Assembly (NCBI GenBank): GCA_963770565.1
Contig: CAVYQE010000010.1
Span: 128,001 to 192,000 of the forward strand
Length of the DNA stretch: 64,000 bases
Source: an uncultured Actinomycetota bacterium
Lineage (GTDB): Bacteria; Actinomycetota; Actinomycetes; JAFAQI01
Direction of reading: 5' to 3'
Part shown: piece after piece, positions 1 through 11,357 of the stretch
Position numbering within the stretch: position 1 is the first letter of the stretch
Layout: each line of letters starts with the position of its first letter
The notes under the pieces: model-generated
Databases searched by the model: none
The model's input: only the letters and a program-made list of their open reading frames with translations
Told to the model about the DNA's origin: nothing
Translations under genes and position numbers: made by a program

Positions 1-46
1 AAGCGCGCCGCTCCGCGACCGGGCCGGGCGCGCGAGCCGGCCAGGA

Positions 47-1351
47 TCAGCCGTCGGCGAAAGCCCGAATGAGCAGCCCGGTGGCCGGCTTCGGGACGAA
101 CAGGGTGGACTTGCGCGGCATCCGCTCACCGGACGCCGCCACCGCAGCGACGTCCGAGACCGGTGTGGGGTTGAGCAAGAGGGCGATGCCGCCACCAGCC
201 TCGGCAGCCGCGGTCGCGGACGCCACATCGTGGTGGAACTCCACGATGTCCTCGCGATCGTCGAGTCCCCACAGTGTCCCGATCAGGAAACCGTGGGCGA
301 TCGCGACATCGAGCGCACGCCAGGCGGCCGAACGCTCCGACGGCAGTGCCGCGGCCAGTTGGGCCGGATCGGGTTTGGTGAGCAACCACGCCCGGGTGCC
401 GTCGGTGACGACGAAGGCGGCACCGTCCAGCCCGGCCTTCGCGAGCGCGTCCTCGCTCGCCCGCAGCCCGCCGGTGAGCTCGGCCACTTCGAAGCCGGTC
501 GAGGCGAGCTCGATCGCGCGGTCCGGCGCCAGCCCTGGTACGGCGCGATGGATCGCGTGCACCTGCGGGCCGAACGCCGACCCGTCGACGAGGAAGGCCA
601 AGCCGAAGTCCCACGGGCCGGCGCCCGAGCCGTCGGCGTGCCGGACCGCCTGATACTGCAGGTAGGTCGCGTAGCGATGGTGCCCGTCAGCGATGACGGC
701 TCGACGGTCGTGGAGGTCGTCGGCGATCCCGGCCAGCAGCTCGGGGTCGGTAATCGCCCACAGCCGGTGCCGAACCCCGTCAGCGGTCGTGACGTCCACG
801 AGCGGTTCGTCACGATCGACCTCGGCGACCGCGCGCCCGGTCGCACCGCCGCCGTCGTAGACCAGGAAGATCATTTCCAGGTCGGCTTCCGTCGACACCA
901 TGAGGGCCAGCCGGTCGGCGACCGGTCCGGCCATCGTGTTCTCGTGCGGCAGCACGATCGCGTCCTCGGCCGGGGTCAGCGCCACGCCGCCGACCACGCC
1001 GCGCTGCGTGTGGCCGTTGTCGCACTGCTCGTACACGTAGAGGGCGGTCCGCTCGTCCGCCCGCAGCACTCCGGCCGCGCGCCACTGCGCCATCAACGCG
1101 CTCGCGACGGCGTACCGGCTGCCACTGTCCGGCGCGCGGCCCGGCTCGTCCCGCGGAAGCGTCAGCCGCACCACGTTGTGCGGGTCCCGGGCCTCAAGCG
1201 CGCTGCGCTGGGCGTCGTCGATGACGTCGTAGGGCGGCGCGAGCACGTTGGCCAGCGCGACCCGCGTCGGGTCATAGCGGAGCCCGCGAAACGGCGCGAG
1301 GATCAACCCGTCGGGACGGGGCAGCGGGTCGCCCGCATGGCTCGTGTCCAT
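47..1351 (-). CDS. DUF1015 family protein
   Basis: PFRGLRY, APPYDVI, LPHENT, IADGHHRY and C-terminal MPRKSTLFVPKP motifs; start trimmed to ATG at 1351. Confidence 0.85.
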   Translation of the reverse strand: MDTSHAGDPLPRPDGLILAPFRGLRYDPTRVALANVLAPPYDVIDDAQRSALEARDPHNVVRLTLPRDEPGRAPDSGSRYAVASALMAQWRAAGVLRADERTALYVYEQCDNGHTQRGVVGGVALTPAEDAIVLPHENTMAGPVADRLALMVSTEADLEMIFLVYDGGGATGRAVAEVDRDEPLVDVTTADGVRHRLWAITDPELLAGIADDLHDRRAVIADGHHRYATYLQYQAVRHADGSGAGPWDFGLAFLVDGSAFGPQVHAIHRAVPGLAPDRAIELASTGFEVAELTGGLRASEDALAKAGLDGAAFVVTDGTRAWLLTKPDPAQLAAALPSERSAAWRALDVAIAHGFLIGTLWGLDDREDIVEFHHDVASATAAAEAGGGIALLLNPTPVSDVAAVAASGERMPRKSTLFVPKPATGLLIRAFADG

Positions 1352-1460
1352 ATCGGCGATGCTACGGCGAGGCTCGTGGTCCAGCGCCGGCCCGATCGGT
1401 CGGCCGTGGTCCCCGCCCGCGTGGCGAGCAGAGACGCCTCTGCGGAAGGCGGAAGAAGGT

Positions 1461-2537
1461 GTGGTGACGGTGGCCGACCCGGTCGTTCCGCCCGGCCTGG
1501 TCGCCAGCGGCGGTCGCCTCGACAGCCGGCACGACCTCCTGCTGGTCGACCTCGACGGCGTCATCTACCTCGGCGAGGACCCGATTCCGGGCGCCGCCGA
1601 GGCACTCGGCGAGGCACGCCGAGCCGGCCTTCGAGTGATCTTCGTGACCAACAACGCCTCACGGCCGCCCGAAGCGGTGGCCGAAAAGCTGACCGGACTT
1701 GGGGTGTCCGCACAACCCGGCGAGGTCATGACATCGGCCGTCGCAGCAGCCGAAGTCCTCGCTGGCGACCTCGCGCCCGGTGCCGCCGTCCTCGCGGTCG
1801 GCGGGCCTGGGGTCGCCGACGCGCTCAGTGCCGCCGGTCTGCGAGCGGTGAGCAGCGCCGAGGACCGTCCGGCGGCGGTGCTGCAAGGGTTCGGCGCCGA
1901 CGTGGGCTGGCGGGTGCTCGCCGAGGCGAGCATCGCGCTTCGCGCCGGCGCGCGCTGGGTGGCCACCAACGACGACAAGACGCTGCCCTCGCCACGGGGT
2001 CCGCTGCCCGGCAACGGTTCGCTGGTCGCCGCACTGCAGACTGCCACCGGGCTTCGCCCGCAGGTGATCGGGAAGCCCGCACCAGCGCTGTTCGGTGCGG
2101 CCCTGCGGGCCGGCGGCGGCAAACGTCCATTGGTGATCGGCGACCGGCTCGACACCGACATCGCCGGGGCCCGCGTGGCCGGACTGCCCTCGCTGCTCGT
2201 CCTGAGCGGGGTCGCGACCCCGAAGGACCTGCTCGGCGCCGATCCGGCATCGCGACCGAACTACCTCGGGCGCGACCTGCGCGCACTGGGCCTCGGCCAT
2301 CCCGGCGTACGAGTCGAAGGCGGCGTCGCGTTCTGCGGCCGGGCTCGCGCGCACGGCAGCGCCGGCCAGCCGGCCATCGACAATGCAGCGGACTCGGCCG
2401 CCGCGACCTCACCGGACGGGCTCGACGGCCTGCGCGCGCTGTGCGCGCTCGCCTGGTCAGAGGCCGGCGATGACCGCCTGCCGGACGATCGGATCAGCAA
2501 GTACGACGAAGCCCTCCACGGGCTCGGCCTGGACTGA
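1461..2537 (+). CDS. HAD-IIA family hydrolase (NagD-like)
   Basis: DLDGVIY, FVTNNASR, GKPAP, IGDRLDTDI motifs; start uncertain (GTG 1461-1470). Confidence 0.9.
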   Translation: MVTVADPVVPPGLVASGGRLDSRHDLLLVDLDGVIYLGEDPIPGAAEALGEARRAGLRVIFVTNNASRPPEAVAEKLTGLGVSAQPGEVMTSAVAAAEVLAGDLAPGAAVLAVGGPGVADALSAAGLRAVSSAEDRPAAVLQGFGADVGWRVLAEASIALRAGARWVATNDDKTLPSPRGPLPGNGSLVAALQTATGLRPQVIGKPAPALFGAALRAGGGKRPLVIGDRLDTDIAGARVAGLPSLLVLSGVATPKDLLGADPASRPNYLGRDLRALGLGHPGVRVEGGVAFCGRARAHGSAGQPAIDNAADSAAATSPDGLDGLRALCALAWSEAGDDRLPDDRISKYDEALHGLGLD

Positions 2538-2555
2538 CCTCGGCGATCGGGCCGC

Positions 2556-2918
2556 TCAGATCAGGCCGAGGAAGGACCGCAGTCGGAGCATGTCCCGCAT
2601 CGGCGCAGAAACCTGGACCCGCCCTCGCAGCCACGCGGTGAGGAAGTCCTGGCGACCGTCGGCGAGGTCGACGAGATCGTCGCTGTGCACCACGATCCGT
2701 ACGTCGGCCGATCCCTGGGCCGGGTCGGCACTGTCGTGCTGCGTGATGTCATGAACCCCGGTCTCGTCCACCAACGCGCTGAAAGAGACGTGAAGGTCAG
2801 GCACGGTGCACGACACCGACCGGCGCGGCAGGTGCCGGGACCGGCTTTCGGCATCCAGACCGTCCAGCGAGGCGGCGAGACCGTTAAGGGCGGCCCGGCA
2901 CTGCTTAACCGTCGCCAT
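2556..2918 (-). CDS. SCP2 sterol-binding-domain protein
   Basis: MATVKQC...SDDLVDLADGRQDFLTAWLRGRVQVSAPMRDMLRLR; usual position upstream of tlyA in actinobacteria. Confidence 0.75.
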   Translation of the reverse strand: MATVKQCRAALNGLAASLDGLDAESRSRHLPRRSVSCTVPDLHVSFSALVDETGVHDITQHDSADPAQGSADVRIVVHSDDLVDLADGRQDFLTAWLRGRVQVSAPMRDMLRLRSFLGLI

Positions 2919-3006
2919 CTCAGGTGCCGACCGTTGGGCTCGGCATTGGCCACACGGCACGCGACGTTAGCGCACGAGCGCCCGGAGGTCGGATAGCGTC
3001 GCGGCG

Positions 3007-3186
3007 ATGGAGGATCAGGTGGGCATGCCAGAGCAGACCGAGTCGACCGGTGTGACGGCCGCGGACTCCGCGCTCGCACGGCTGCAGGACGTCGAGACGG
3101 CGCCGTTGGAGGAGCACGTCGAGATCTTCGACGATGTCCAGCGGCGGCTGCACGAGGGACTGGCCGAACTCGACGACGAGCAGTGA
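3007..3186 (+). CDS. small acidic hypothetical protein (59 aa, below ORF-track cutoff)
   Basis: Own translation MEDQVGMPEQTESTGVTAADSALARLQDVETAPLEEHVEIFDDVQRRLHEGLAELDDEQ; stop 1 nt before tlyA start; alternative start 3025. Confidence 0.7.
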   Translation: MEDQVGMPEQTESTGVTAADSALARLQDVETAPLEEHVEIFDDVQRRLHEGLAELDDEQ

Positions 3187-3187
3187 C

Positions 3188-3981
<794 letters not shown>

Positions 3982-3985
<4 letters not shown>

Positions 3986-4884
3986 GCCCCACAACGAGCG
4001 AGGAGTCGCGGGCGGTCCTCCTCGTCGCACATGCCCGGCGCCAGTCGGCGATCGACGTCGCCCGCGACCTGTCCCGTCAGCTGTGTGCGGCCGGTGTTTC
4101 GGTCCGGGTGCTGGAGGACGAGGCCGCGATCCTCGACTGCGCGGGCACCTTCACGGTGCCCAGCGGGCCGCAGGCCGCCGAGGGAGCCGAGCTGGTGGTG
4201 GCGCTCGGTGGCGACGGGACGATCCTTCGCGCCGCCGAGCTGGCGCGCTCGAGCGGCACACCGCTGCTCGGGGTGAACCTCGGCCACGTCGGCTTCCTGG
4301 CCGAGGCCGACCCGCTCGCCATCGACGTGACCGCGCAACTGATCCTCTCCCGCGACTACGACGTCGAGGAGCGGCTGGCCCTCGACGTCGCGGTGCGGCG
4401 GGCCGGCGAGATCGTGATCAGCGACTGGGCGCTCAACGACGTCTCGGTGGAGAAAGCCGCTCGCGAGCACGTCATCACGATTGTTCTCGAGATCGATGGC
4501 CGGCCGCTGTCGCGCTGGTCCTGCGACGGGATTGTGTGCGCAACGCCGACCGGGTCGACGGCGTACGCGTTCTCGGCCGGCGGGCCGGTCGTTTGGCCGT
4601 CGGTGCAAGCCTTGCTCGTCGTACCGCTGAGTGCCCACGCCCTGTTCTCCCGCCCGCTGGTCGTGTCGCCGGCGTCCACCGTGGCGATCGAGATGACCGA
4701 CGGTGGCGGGCGTGGCGTGATGTTCTGCGATGGCCGGCGGACGCACGAGGTGCAGACCGGGGACCGGCTCGAGATCGTCCGCAGCGGTACGCCGGTCCGG
4801 CTGGTGCGACTGCGGACGGCACCGTTCACCGACCGCCTGGTGGACCGCTTCCAGCTCCCCGTGCAGGGCTGGAGCGGGCGCTGA
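3982..4884 (+). CDS. nadK: NAD kinase
   Basis: GGDGT, GHVGFL, ALND, TPTGSTAYAFSAGGP; GTGA overlap with tlyA stop. Confidence 0.95.
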
Positions 4885-4964
4885 GCCCGGCGGCGATCGC
4901 CGCCTTCCACAGCCGGCGGCGTGCCTAGCCACCGCTGTCGCTGGGCCACCGTAGGCTCGGCATC

Positions 4965-6707
4965 GTGCTCGTTGAGCTGCGGTTGCGCGGGCTCGGCGCG
5001 ATCGACGACGCCACGCTCGAGCTGGGGCCCGGATTCACCGCGGTGACCGGCGAGACCGGCGCGGGCAAGACGATGCTGCTCACCGGGCTGGCGCTGCTGC
5101 TCGGCGGACGAGCCGACCCCGCCTTAGTGCGGGCCGGTCATCCCCGCGCCGAGATCGAGGGCCGGTTCCGGATCGACCCGGCCGGCCCGGTCGCGGAGGT
5201 GGTGGAGGCCGCCGGGGGCGATCTCGACGGCGACGAGCTGCTGATCGCCCGCACAGTCGCAGCCGACGGCCGGTCCCGAGCCTTCCTCGGTGGCCGCGCC
5301 GTCCCGGCGGCGACGCTCGCTGGGCTCGCCGACGACCTGGTGACCGTGCACGGCCAGGCGGATCAGCGTGGCCTGCTGCGGCCCGGCGTCCAGCGCAGCG
5401 TGCTCGACGCGTACGCCGGCCAGGCCGCGGCCGAGCCGCTCGCGACCTACCGCGCGGCGTTTGCCGAGCTGGCCGCGGTCCGCGCGGAGCTCGACGAGGT
5501 GACCACCCATCGTCGCGAGCGCACGCTCGAGGCTGAGGGGTTGCGTCAGGGGCTGGCCGAGGTCGACGAGGTCGCGCCCGAGCTCGGCGAGGACGACGCG
5601 CTGCGCACCGAGGCGGCCCGGCTCTCGCACGGCGAGGCGCTGCGCACCGCGGCGGGCAGCGCGCACGACGCGCTGACCGGCAACTCGGAGGGCCCGGACG
5701 AACGGGTCGTCCTCGGCCTGCTCGGCTCGGCCCGCCACGATCTTGACGAAGTACGCGGGCACGATCCGGAGCTCGACGCGCTGGCCGGGCGGATCGCGGA
5801 GTCGTCGTACGCGCTGGCCGACGTAGCTGCGGACCTGGCGGCGTACGTCGACCGGCTCGAGACCGATCCGGCCCGGCTGGCAGCGGTCCAGGAACGGCTC
5901 AGCCGCCTGACCGCGTTGACCCGGCGCTATGCCGCCGACATCGGGGGAGTGCAGGCGTGGGCCGCGCAGGCTCGTGAGCGGCTGGCGATGCTCGACGACG
6001 ACGACACCCGGGTCCAGGAGCTGACCGCGCAGCGCGACCAGGTGCTCTCGACCCTCACCGCCGCTGCCTCGGCGGTATCCGACGCCCGGACCGCCGCGGC
6101 CCGCCGGCTCGAGACCGAGGTCTGCGGCGAGCTGGCCGGCCTGGCGATGGCCGATGCCTCCCTGCCGGTGCTGGTCAGCCAGCGCGACGACCCGCACGGC
6201 TTGGCCATTGCCGATCGGCGGGTGGCGTTCGGTCCCTGGGGCGTGGACGAGGTCGAGCTCCAACTGGTCGCGCACGCCGGTGCACCGGTCCGCCCACTGC
6301 ACCGGGGTGCCTCGGGCGGCGAGCTCTCGCGAGTGATGCTCGCGGTCGAGATCGTGCTGGCCGGCGTCGACGGCGTCCCGGCGTTCATCTTCGACGAGGT
6401 CGACGCGGGCGTTGGCGGGCGGGCCGCGATCGAGGTGGGCAAGCGGCTGGCGAGCCTGGCCAGAGGCGCGCAGGTGATCGTGGTGACCCACCTGCCGCAG
6501 GTGGCCGCCTTCGCCGACCGGCACGTGGTCGTGGCGAAGACCGACGCCGGCCTGGTGACATCGACCGCGGTCGACCTCGTCGACGGGCAGGCCCGGCTGC
6601 GCGAGCTGTCCCGCATGCTCGGCGGGCTCGAGGACTCGGCGCTCGCCCACGACCACGCCGAGGAGCTGCTGGCGACTGCCGCCGCGGCGAAATCCAGCCG
6701 GTCATGA
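4965..6707 (+). CDS. recN: DNA repair protein RecN
   Basis: Walker A GETGAGKT, ASGGELSR, FDEVDAGVGG, VTHLPQVAA; TAGGCT just upstream suggests leaderless mRNA. Confidence 0.97.
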   Translation: MLVELRLRGLGAIDDATLELGPGFTAVTGETGAGKTMLLTGLALLLGGRADPALVRAGHPRAEIEGRFRIDPAGPVAEVVEAAGGDLDGDELLIARTVAADGRSRAFLGGRAVPAATLAGLADDLVTVHGQADQRGLLRPGVQRSVLDAYAGQAAAEPLATYRAAFAELAAVRAELDEVTTHRRERTLEAEGLRQGLAEVDEVAPELGEDDALRTEAARLSHGEALRTAAGSAHDALTGNSEGPDERVVLGLLGSARHDLDEVRGHDPELDALAGRIAESSYALADVAADLAAYVDRLETDPARLAAVQERLSRLTALTRRYAADIGGVQAWAAQARERLAMLDDDDTRVQELTAQRDQVLSTLTAAASAVSDARTAAARRLETEVCGELAGLAMADASLPVLVSQRDDPHGLAIADRRVAFGPWGVDEVELQLVAHAGAPVRPLHRGASGGELSRVMLAVEIVLAGVDGVPAFIFDEVDAGVGGRAAIEVGKRLASLARGAQVIVVTHLPQVAAFADRHVVVAKTDAGLVTSTAVDLVDGQARLRELSRMLGGLEDSALAHDHAEELLATAAAAKSSRS

Positions 6708-6764
6708 CGGCGCAGCGACGATGCCAGGCGCCATGACGACCGCGCTCTGGCAGACTTCGAAGCG

Positions 6765-7949
6765 ATGAGGCTTGCCACCCTGAGGCGGACCCGCGCCGGC
6801 GACGATCCGCCGGGCGTGGTCGGGCCCGTGCGCCTCGACCGCCGGACCAAGACTCTGACCCGCCGGCTGCGCCCCGGCGACGTCGCGGTCATCGACCATG
6901 TCGACCTCGACCGGCTGGCCGCGGAAGCCCTGCTGGCCTGCCAGGTCGCGGCCGTCGTCAACGTCGCTCCCAGCGTCTCGGGCCGCTATCCCAACCTCGG
7001 CCCGAGCATCCTCGTCGCCGCCGGCGTACCGCTGATCGACGACGTCGGGCCCGAGGCATTCGGCCAGCTGCGCGAGGGCGACCAGGTGCGGTTGTTCCAG
7101 GACACCGTCTTCGCCCTGGACGGGCGGGTGCTTGCGAAGGGCGCCGAGCAGAGCGTCGAGAGCGTGGCGCTCGCGATGGCCGACGCGCGAGAGGGCCTGT
7201 CCACCCAGCTCGAGGCGTTCGCGTCGAACACGATGGAATACCTCCGGCGCGAACGCGACCTGCTGCTCGACGGCGTCGGTGTGCCCGACATCAAGACCAA
7301 CCTCGAGGGCCGCCACGTCCTGGTCGTGGTCCGCGGCTACACCTACCGCGAGGATCTGGTCGCGCTCCGGCACTACGTCCGCGAATACAAGCCGATGCTG
7401 ATCGGTGTCGACGGCGGCGCGGACGCGCTGCTCGAGCGCGGCCTCAAACCGCACCTGATCGTCGGCGACATGGACTCCGTCAGTGACAGCGCGCTGCGCT
7501 GTGGTGCGGAGGTGGTCGTCCACGCCTACCGCGATGGCACCGCACCGGGCCTGGAGCGGGTGCAGGAGCTCGGGATCACACCGGTCGTGTTCCCGGCGGC
7601 CGGCACGAGCGAGGACGTCGCGCTCCTGTTGGCCGACGACAAGGGTGCCGCGCTGATTGTCGCGGTCGGCACGCACGCGACCCTCGTGGAGTTCCTCGAC
7701 AAGGGCCGGGCCGGGATGGCGAGCACCTTCCTCACCCGGCTGCGGGTCGGCGGCAAGCTGGTCGACGCCAAAGGCGTGAGCCGGCTGTATCGCAGCCGGA
7801 TTCCGGTGACGACCCTGATCCTGCTGGTGCTCGCGACCGCGATCGCGTTCGCGGTCGCGCTGTACGTCACGCCCGGCGGCGCGCTCTACCGGGAATACTT
7901 CGCCACCGACTGGGACCACTTCACCCGTTGGATCCACGGGCTGCTGTGA
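6765..7949 (+). CDS. steA: cytokinetic ring protein SteA
   Basis: RLDRRTK, DHVDLD, SGRYPNLGP, GVDGGADAL, GDMDSVSD, STFLTRLRVG, C-terminal TM; follows recN. Confidence 0.9.
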   Translation: MRLATLRRTRAGDDPPGVVGPVRLDRRTKTLTRRLRPGDVAVIDHVDLDRLAAEALLACQVAAVVNVAPSVSGRYPNLGPSILVAAGVPLIDDVGPEAFGQLREGDQVRLFQDTVFALDGRVLAKGAEQSVESVALAMADAREGLSTQLEAFASNTMEYLRRERDLLLDGVGVPDIKTNLEGRHVLVVVRGYTYREDLVALRHYVREYKPMLIGVDGGADALLERGLKPHLIVGDMDSVSDSALRCGAEVVVHAYRDGTAPGLERVQELGITPVVFPAAGTSEDVALLLADDKGAALIVAVGTHATLVEFLDKGRAGMASTFLTRLRVGGKLVDAKGVSRLYRSRIPVTTLILLVLATAIAFAVALYVTPGGALYREYFATDWDHFTRWIHGLL

Positions 7950-10264
7950 CCGGCTCGGGGGGACGCGCCGCACGTCGGCGCCTGGTGGTGATGCTGTCCG
8001 CGATCGCCGCCGTGACCTGCGCCGTCATCGCTCCTGCGGCCGCGGCGACCCAGACGCCGCCGCACTCGCTGACGCTGACCGGCGGCAAGAGCCCGTTCTA
8101 CGACCTCGACCTGCCGATCGTCGGCGGGGCGCACTACCTCGTGTTCAGCGACCAGCCCTACCCCTACGCGACCCAGACGCTGCGCTTGCGCACCAGCACC
8201 GGTACGACGTCGACCCTCGCCTTCGACCCCTCATCCGAGGAGGAGCCGACCTCTCTCGCAGGGTCCTCGCTGACCGGCGCGGACGACTTCGAGAGCACGC
8301 CGGGGGTCGTACAGAACAACGTCGAGTGGTGGAACCTCGCGAACGGCACCAGCGGCATCCTCGACCTGCCGCGGCCCGACGCCTACCTCGGATCGGCACC
8401 GGACGGGATCCTCGCGATCGGGCCGAGCGGGGTGCTGCAGGACCATCCCGCCACTGGTCAGGCGGCGACCAAGCTGGGCACGCCGTTCCCGAGCGCCCCG
8501 ACCGGCGCCGTGCCGGTCGCCCTCGCTGCCGACGGCGGAGTCGTCCTGTCCGAGTCGGGCGCGTTCGTCTACATGTCGTGGAAGCACCCGGGCACCTTCA
8601 CCGGGCTCGACGTCAAGTCAGCCGGTGACACTGACGCCTTCTGCTCGTCACTCGCGGCCGGCAACGCCGGCTGCGGGGCGACCGACTCGACCGGGCATCC
8701 GCTCATCATTCGCGCGCCGGTCAGCGGCGGCGCGCCGGTCGTCACCCGGCTGGCAAAGTCGGCCTGTCCCGACGAGGTGATCGCCACCGCGTCGGTCACC
8801 GCGTGGGGCGACGGCTGCCTCGGCACGATCGACAGCGTTCCGGGCACCACCGGGTCACCCGTCTCCAGCAGCAAAGCGTTCATCGAGGAAGGCGCGGGTC
8901 TTGCCGGCGCCTACGGCCAACTGATCGCGGCTGTCTCGCCTGGAGGGCGGTTCGCCCTCGACCAGGTCGCGAGCGCGACCGCGACCCGGCATCGAATCGT
9001 CACGCCATGGCGGAGCGCGGTCGTTGCCGCAAACATCGCGCTGTCGCCCGGCCGGATCGCCTACGACGACGACCAGTCTGCTGCCGTGACAACCTGGACG
9101 CGCGTGCTCGGCGGAACGTCAGCCACCGTCACGGCCGGCTCCGCGACCTCCCTCGGACACCCGGGTGCGGGCACCGACATCGATGTCGGCGGCGGTGCTC
9201 ACCTGTCGATCTCGGGTGCCAACACCGCATCCGCCGGCCTGTCGCATTCGCTGAGCATCCGCTCGCCGATCCGCACCACGACCCTGGCCACCAAGTCGGT
9301 GGCCGAGGACGTCGAGATGTCCGGCAACCGGGTCGTGTTCGACACCGGTGCCGGACCGAAGTCGATGCTCTATGACCTGCGTACCGGCGCTCTGACCACG
9401 ATCAGCGGTGCGGTCAGCGCCAGCGTGTGGGGCAACTACCTCGCCATCGCAAAGGCTGACGGTTCGGTCTGGCGTCAGCAACTCGGCGGCCACCATGCGC
9501 CAGTTGAGCTGCGTGCACCGCTGCCGGCCAAGCAGCGGGTGTCATTCTTCGTGCAGGTCTACAGCTTCGGCGACTTCGTTGCCTGGCAGCTCGAGGCCGC
9601 GATCGCCACGCCGCCGTTCCAGGTCTCGCACGACGGCTATCGCAACGCCCGCACGATGGCAGCCGCGCAGTCGATCCCCGACACCTACTTCCCGCGGGCT
9701 GCCACGTCGGACGGCCTGCTCGAACAGCACTACGCGGGCGACCAGGTGACGTACTACCTGCAGCGCTACGGCTCGACGAAGCGGGTCCAGGTGCTGTCGA
9801 CTCCGCAGACCGGCTTGCTGGCCGGCAACCCGAACCAGGTCGCGGTCGACGGCGACCGGATCGCCTGGGTCGACGGCACGAATCACGCCCGGGTCGCCCC
9901 GCTGCCGATCGCGACGAGTCCGGACCCGCCGCGCTTTCTCGGCGATGCACAGGCGCCCAGGACCGCCAAGGCATCGGGCTTGGCCAAGACGCCGTGGCAG
10001 GCGTTCATCCCGCTGTCCGCGGCCCTGACCACCTGCACGGTGACGATCTATGCCGGCTCGACTGCCGTGCGAACGCTGACCTGCGCCAAGTCGGACGCCC
10101 TGCTCGGCGATGCAGCGGTCCGCTGGGACGGCAAGGACTCGGGCGGCCACGCGCTCGGCGCCGGCAGCTACCGATGGCAGTTGAGTGCGGCCAACAGCGA
10201 CGGCACCGCGCTAGCCGCCGATGGCAGTGCCGCGGCGATCCGAGGCCGGATCGTGCTGCACTGA
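7946..10264 (+). CDS. large secreted beta-rich protein with C-terminal FlgD Ig-like domain
   Basis: Signal-peptide-like N-terminus (RRR-hydrophobic-AAAA), S/T/G/A-rich body, C-terminal VRWDGKDSGGHALGAGSYRWQLSA; GTGA overlap with steA stop. Confidence 0.7.
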   Translation: MTGSGGRAARRRLVVMLSAIAAVTCAVIAPAAAATQTPPHSLTLTGGKSPFYDLDLPIVGGAHYLVFSDQPYPYATQTLRLRTSTGTTSTLAFDPSSEEEPTSLAGSSLTGADDFESTPGVVQNNVEWWNLANGTSGILDLPRPDAYLGSAPDGILAIGPSGVLQDHPATGQAATKLGTPFPSAPTGAVPVALAADGGVVLSESGAFVYMSWKHPGTFTGLDVKSAGDTDAFCSSLAAGNAGCGATDSTGHPLIIRAPVSGGAPVVTRLAKSACPDEVIATASVTAWGDGCLGTIDSVPGTTGSPVSSSKAFIEEGAGLAGAYGQLIAAVSPGGRFALDQVASATATRHRIVTPWRSAVVAANIALSPGRIAYDDDQSAAVTTWTRVLGGTSATVTAGSATSLGHPGAGTDIDVGGGAHLSISGANTASAGLSHSLSIRSPIRTTTLATKSVAEDVEMSGNRVVFDTGAGPKSMLYDLRTGALTTISGAVSASVWGNYLAIAKADGSVWRQQLGGHHAPVELRAPLPAKQRVSFFVQVYSFGDFVAWQLEAAIATPPFQVSHDGYRNARTMAAAQSIPDTYFPRAATSDGLLEQHYAGDQVTYYLQRYGSTKRVQVLSTPQTGLLAGNPNQVAVDGDRIAWVDGTNHARVAPLPIATSPDPPRFLGDAQAPRTAKASGLAKTPWQAFIPLSAALTTCTVTIYAGSTAVRTLTCAKSDALLGDAAVRWDGKDSGGHALGAGSYRWQLSAANSDGTALAADGSAAAIRGRIVLH

Positions 10265-10391
10265 GCGCTGGTTTCGCTCCGACCCGCAACCGGCCCGCAG
10301 ATAGGATCCTCGGCGTGGCTGACGGTGAAGAGATCGACGCCGACCGCATCGGTTCATCCGCGTCATCTCCTCCCTGGACAGGACCTGCTCG

Positions 10392-11357
10392 TTGATCGAC
10401 TTCCGCTACCACATCGTCTCGATCGTCGCGGTGTTCCTCGCCCTCGCGCTCGGGTTGTTCCTCGGTAGCACGACGCTGCAGGGCACCGTCACCCGCAACC
10501 TCGACCGCCAGGCAAACCGGGTCACGGGCGAATACAACGGCGAGGTGGCGATCAACGGCCAGCTGACCAAGCAGCTCAAGGCCGAGCAGTCGCTCACCAA
10601 CGACGTCGAACCGTACGCCGTCGCCGATCGGCTCACCGGCGAGGCGGTCGCGGTGGTCAGCGCCCCAGGGGTCGACGGCAACCTGCAGAAGTCGGTAGTC
10701 AACACCCTGCAGCTCGCTGGCGCGACCGTGAGCGCCGACATCTTGCTACAACCGTCGTACATCGACCCGACGCAGGACGCCGAGCTGGGCCAGCTCGCGA
10801 CCGAGCTCGTGCTGCCGAACCACGCGCTGCCGAGCGGCAACGGTGCCACCGAGATGTCGTCGATCCTGGCCAACGTGTTGGCGACCCGTACCGGTCGACA
10901 CTCGGCCGGCCGGACCAAGGTCGACGCCGCGCTGAACGCGCTGTCGGTCGGGAAGTTCATCAGCGTCATCGGCGATCTGCCGACCCGACCGGCCGACATG
11001 GTGGTGCTGCTCCTCGCCGACCCGACGTCGACGTCGTCGGCCACCCTGGTGCAGGCCCAGAACACCGAGCTCATGACCCTCGCCAAAGACTTGCGGGGCG
11101 CATCCAACGCGGCCGTGGTCGCCGGCCCGGACCCGGCCAAGGGCGAGAGCGGCAGTGCGTTGGCCGCCGCGCGCGCCGACCCGGCGCTGACGAAGAACAC
11201 CTCCACTGTCGACTTCGATGTGGTCAAGCCGACCGACCCAGCGGCCGGCCGGATCGCCATCGTCCTGGCACTGTCCAACGCGGAGTCGGGCACGGTCGGG
11301 AACTACGGCCTGGGCGAGTCGAGCCAGGTGTTGCCCACCGCGTCCGCCTCGCCGTGA
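10392..11357 (+). CDS. steB: SteB / MctB (DUF3186) membrane protein
   Basis: Diagnostic N-terminus MIDFRYHIVSIVAVFLALALG; STVD and GNYG near C-terminus. Confidence 0.88.
   Translation: MIDFRYHIVSIVAVFLALALGLFLGSTTLQGTVTRNLDRQANRVTGEYNGEVAINGQLTKQLKAEQSLTNDVEPYAVADRLTGEAVAVVSAPGVDGNLQKSVVNTLQLAGATVSADILLQPSYIDPTQDAELGQLATELVLPNHALPSGNGATEMSSILANVLATRTGRHSAGRTKVDAALNALSVGKFISVIGDLPTRPADMVVLLLADPTSTSSATLVQAQNTELMTLAKDLRGASNAAVVAGPDPAKGESGSALAAARADPALTKNTSTVDFDVVKPTDPAAGRIAIVLALSNAESGTVGNYGLGESSQVLPTASASP

Noticed and set aside
230-2473. Long overlapping or antisense ORFs (e.g. 230-2473, 5124-6656, 15210-16733, 56464-58077)
   Set aside because: Shadow ORFs typical of high-GC DNA, Arg/Pro/Gly-rich, overlapping well-supported genes
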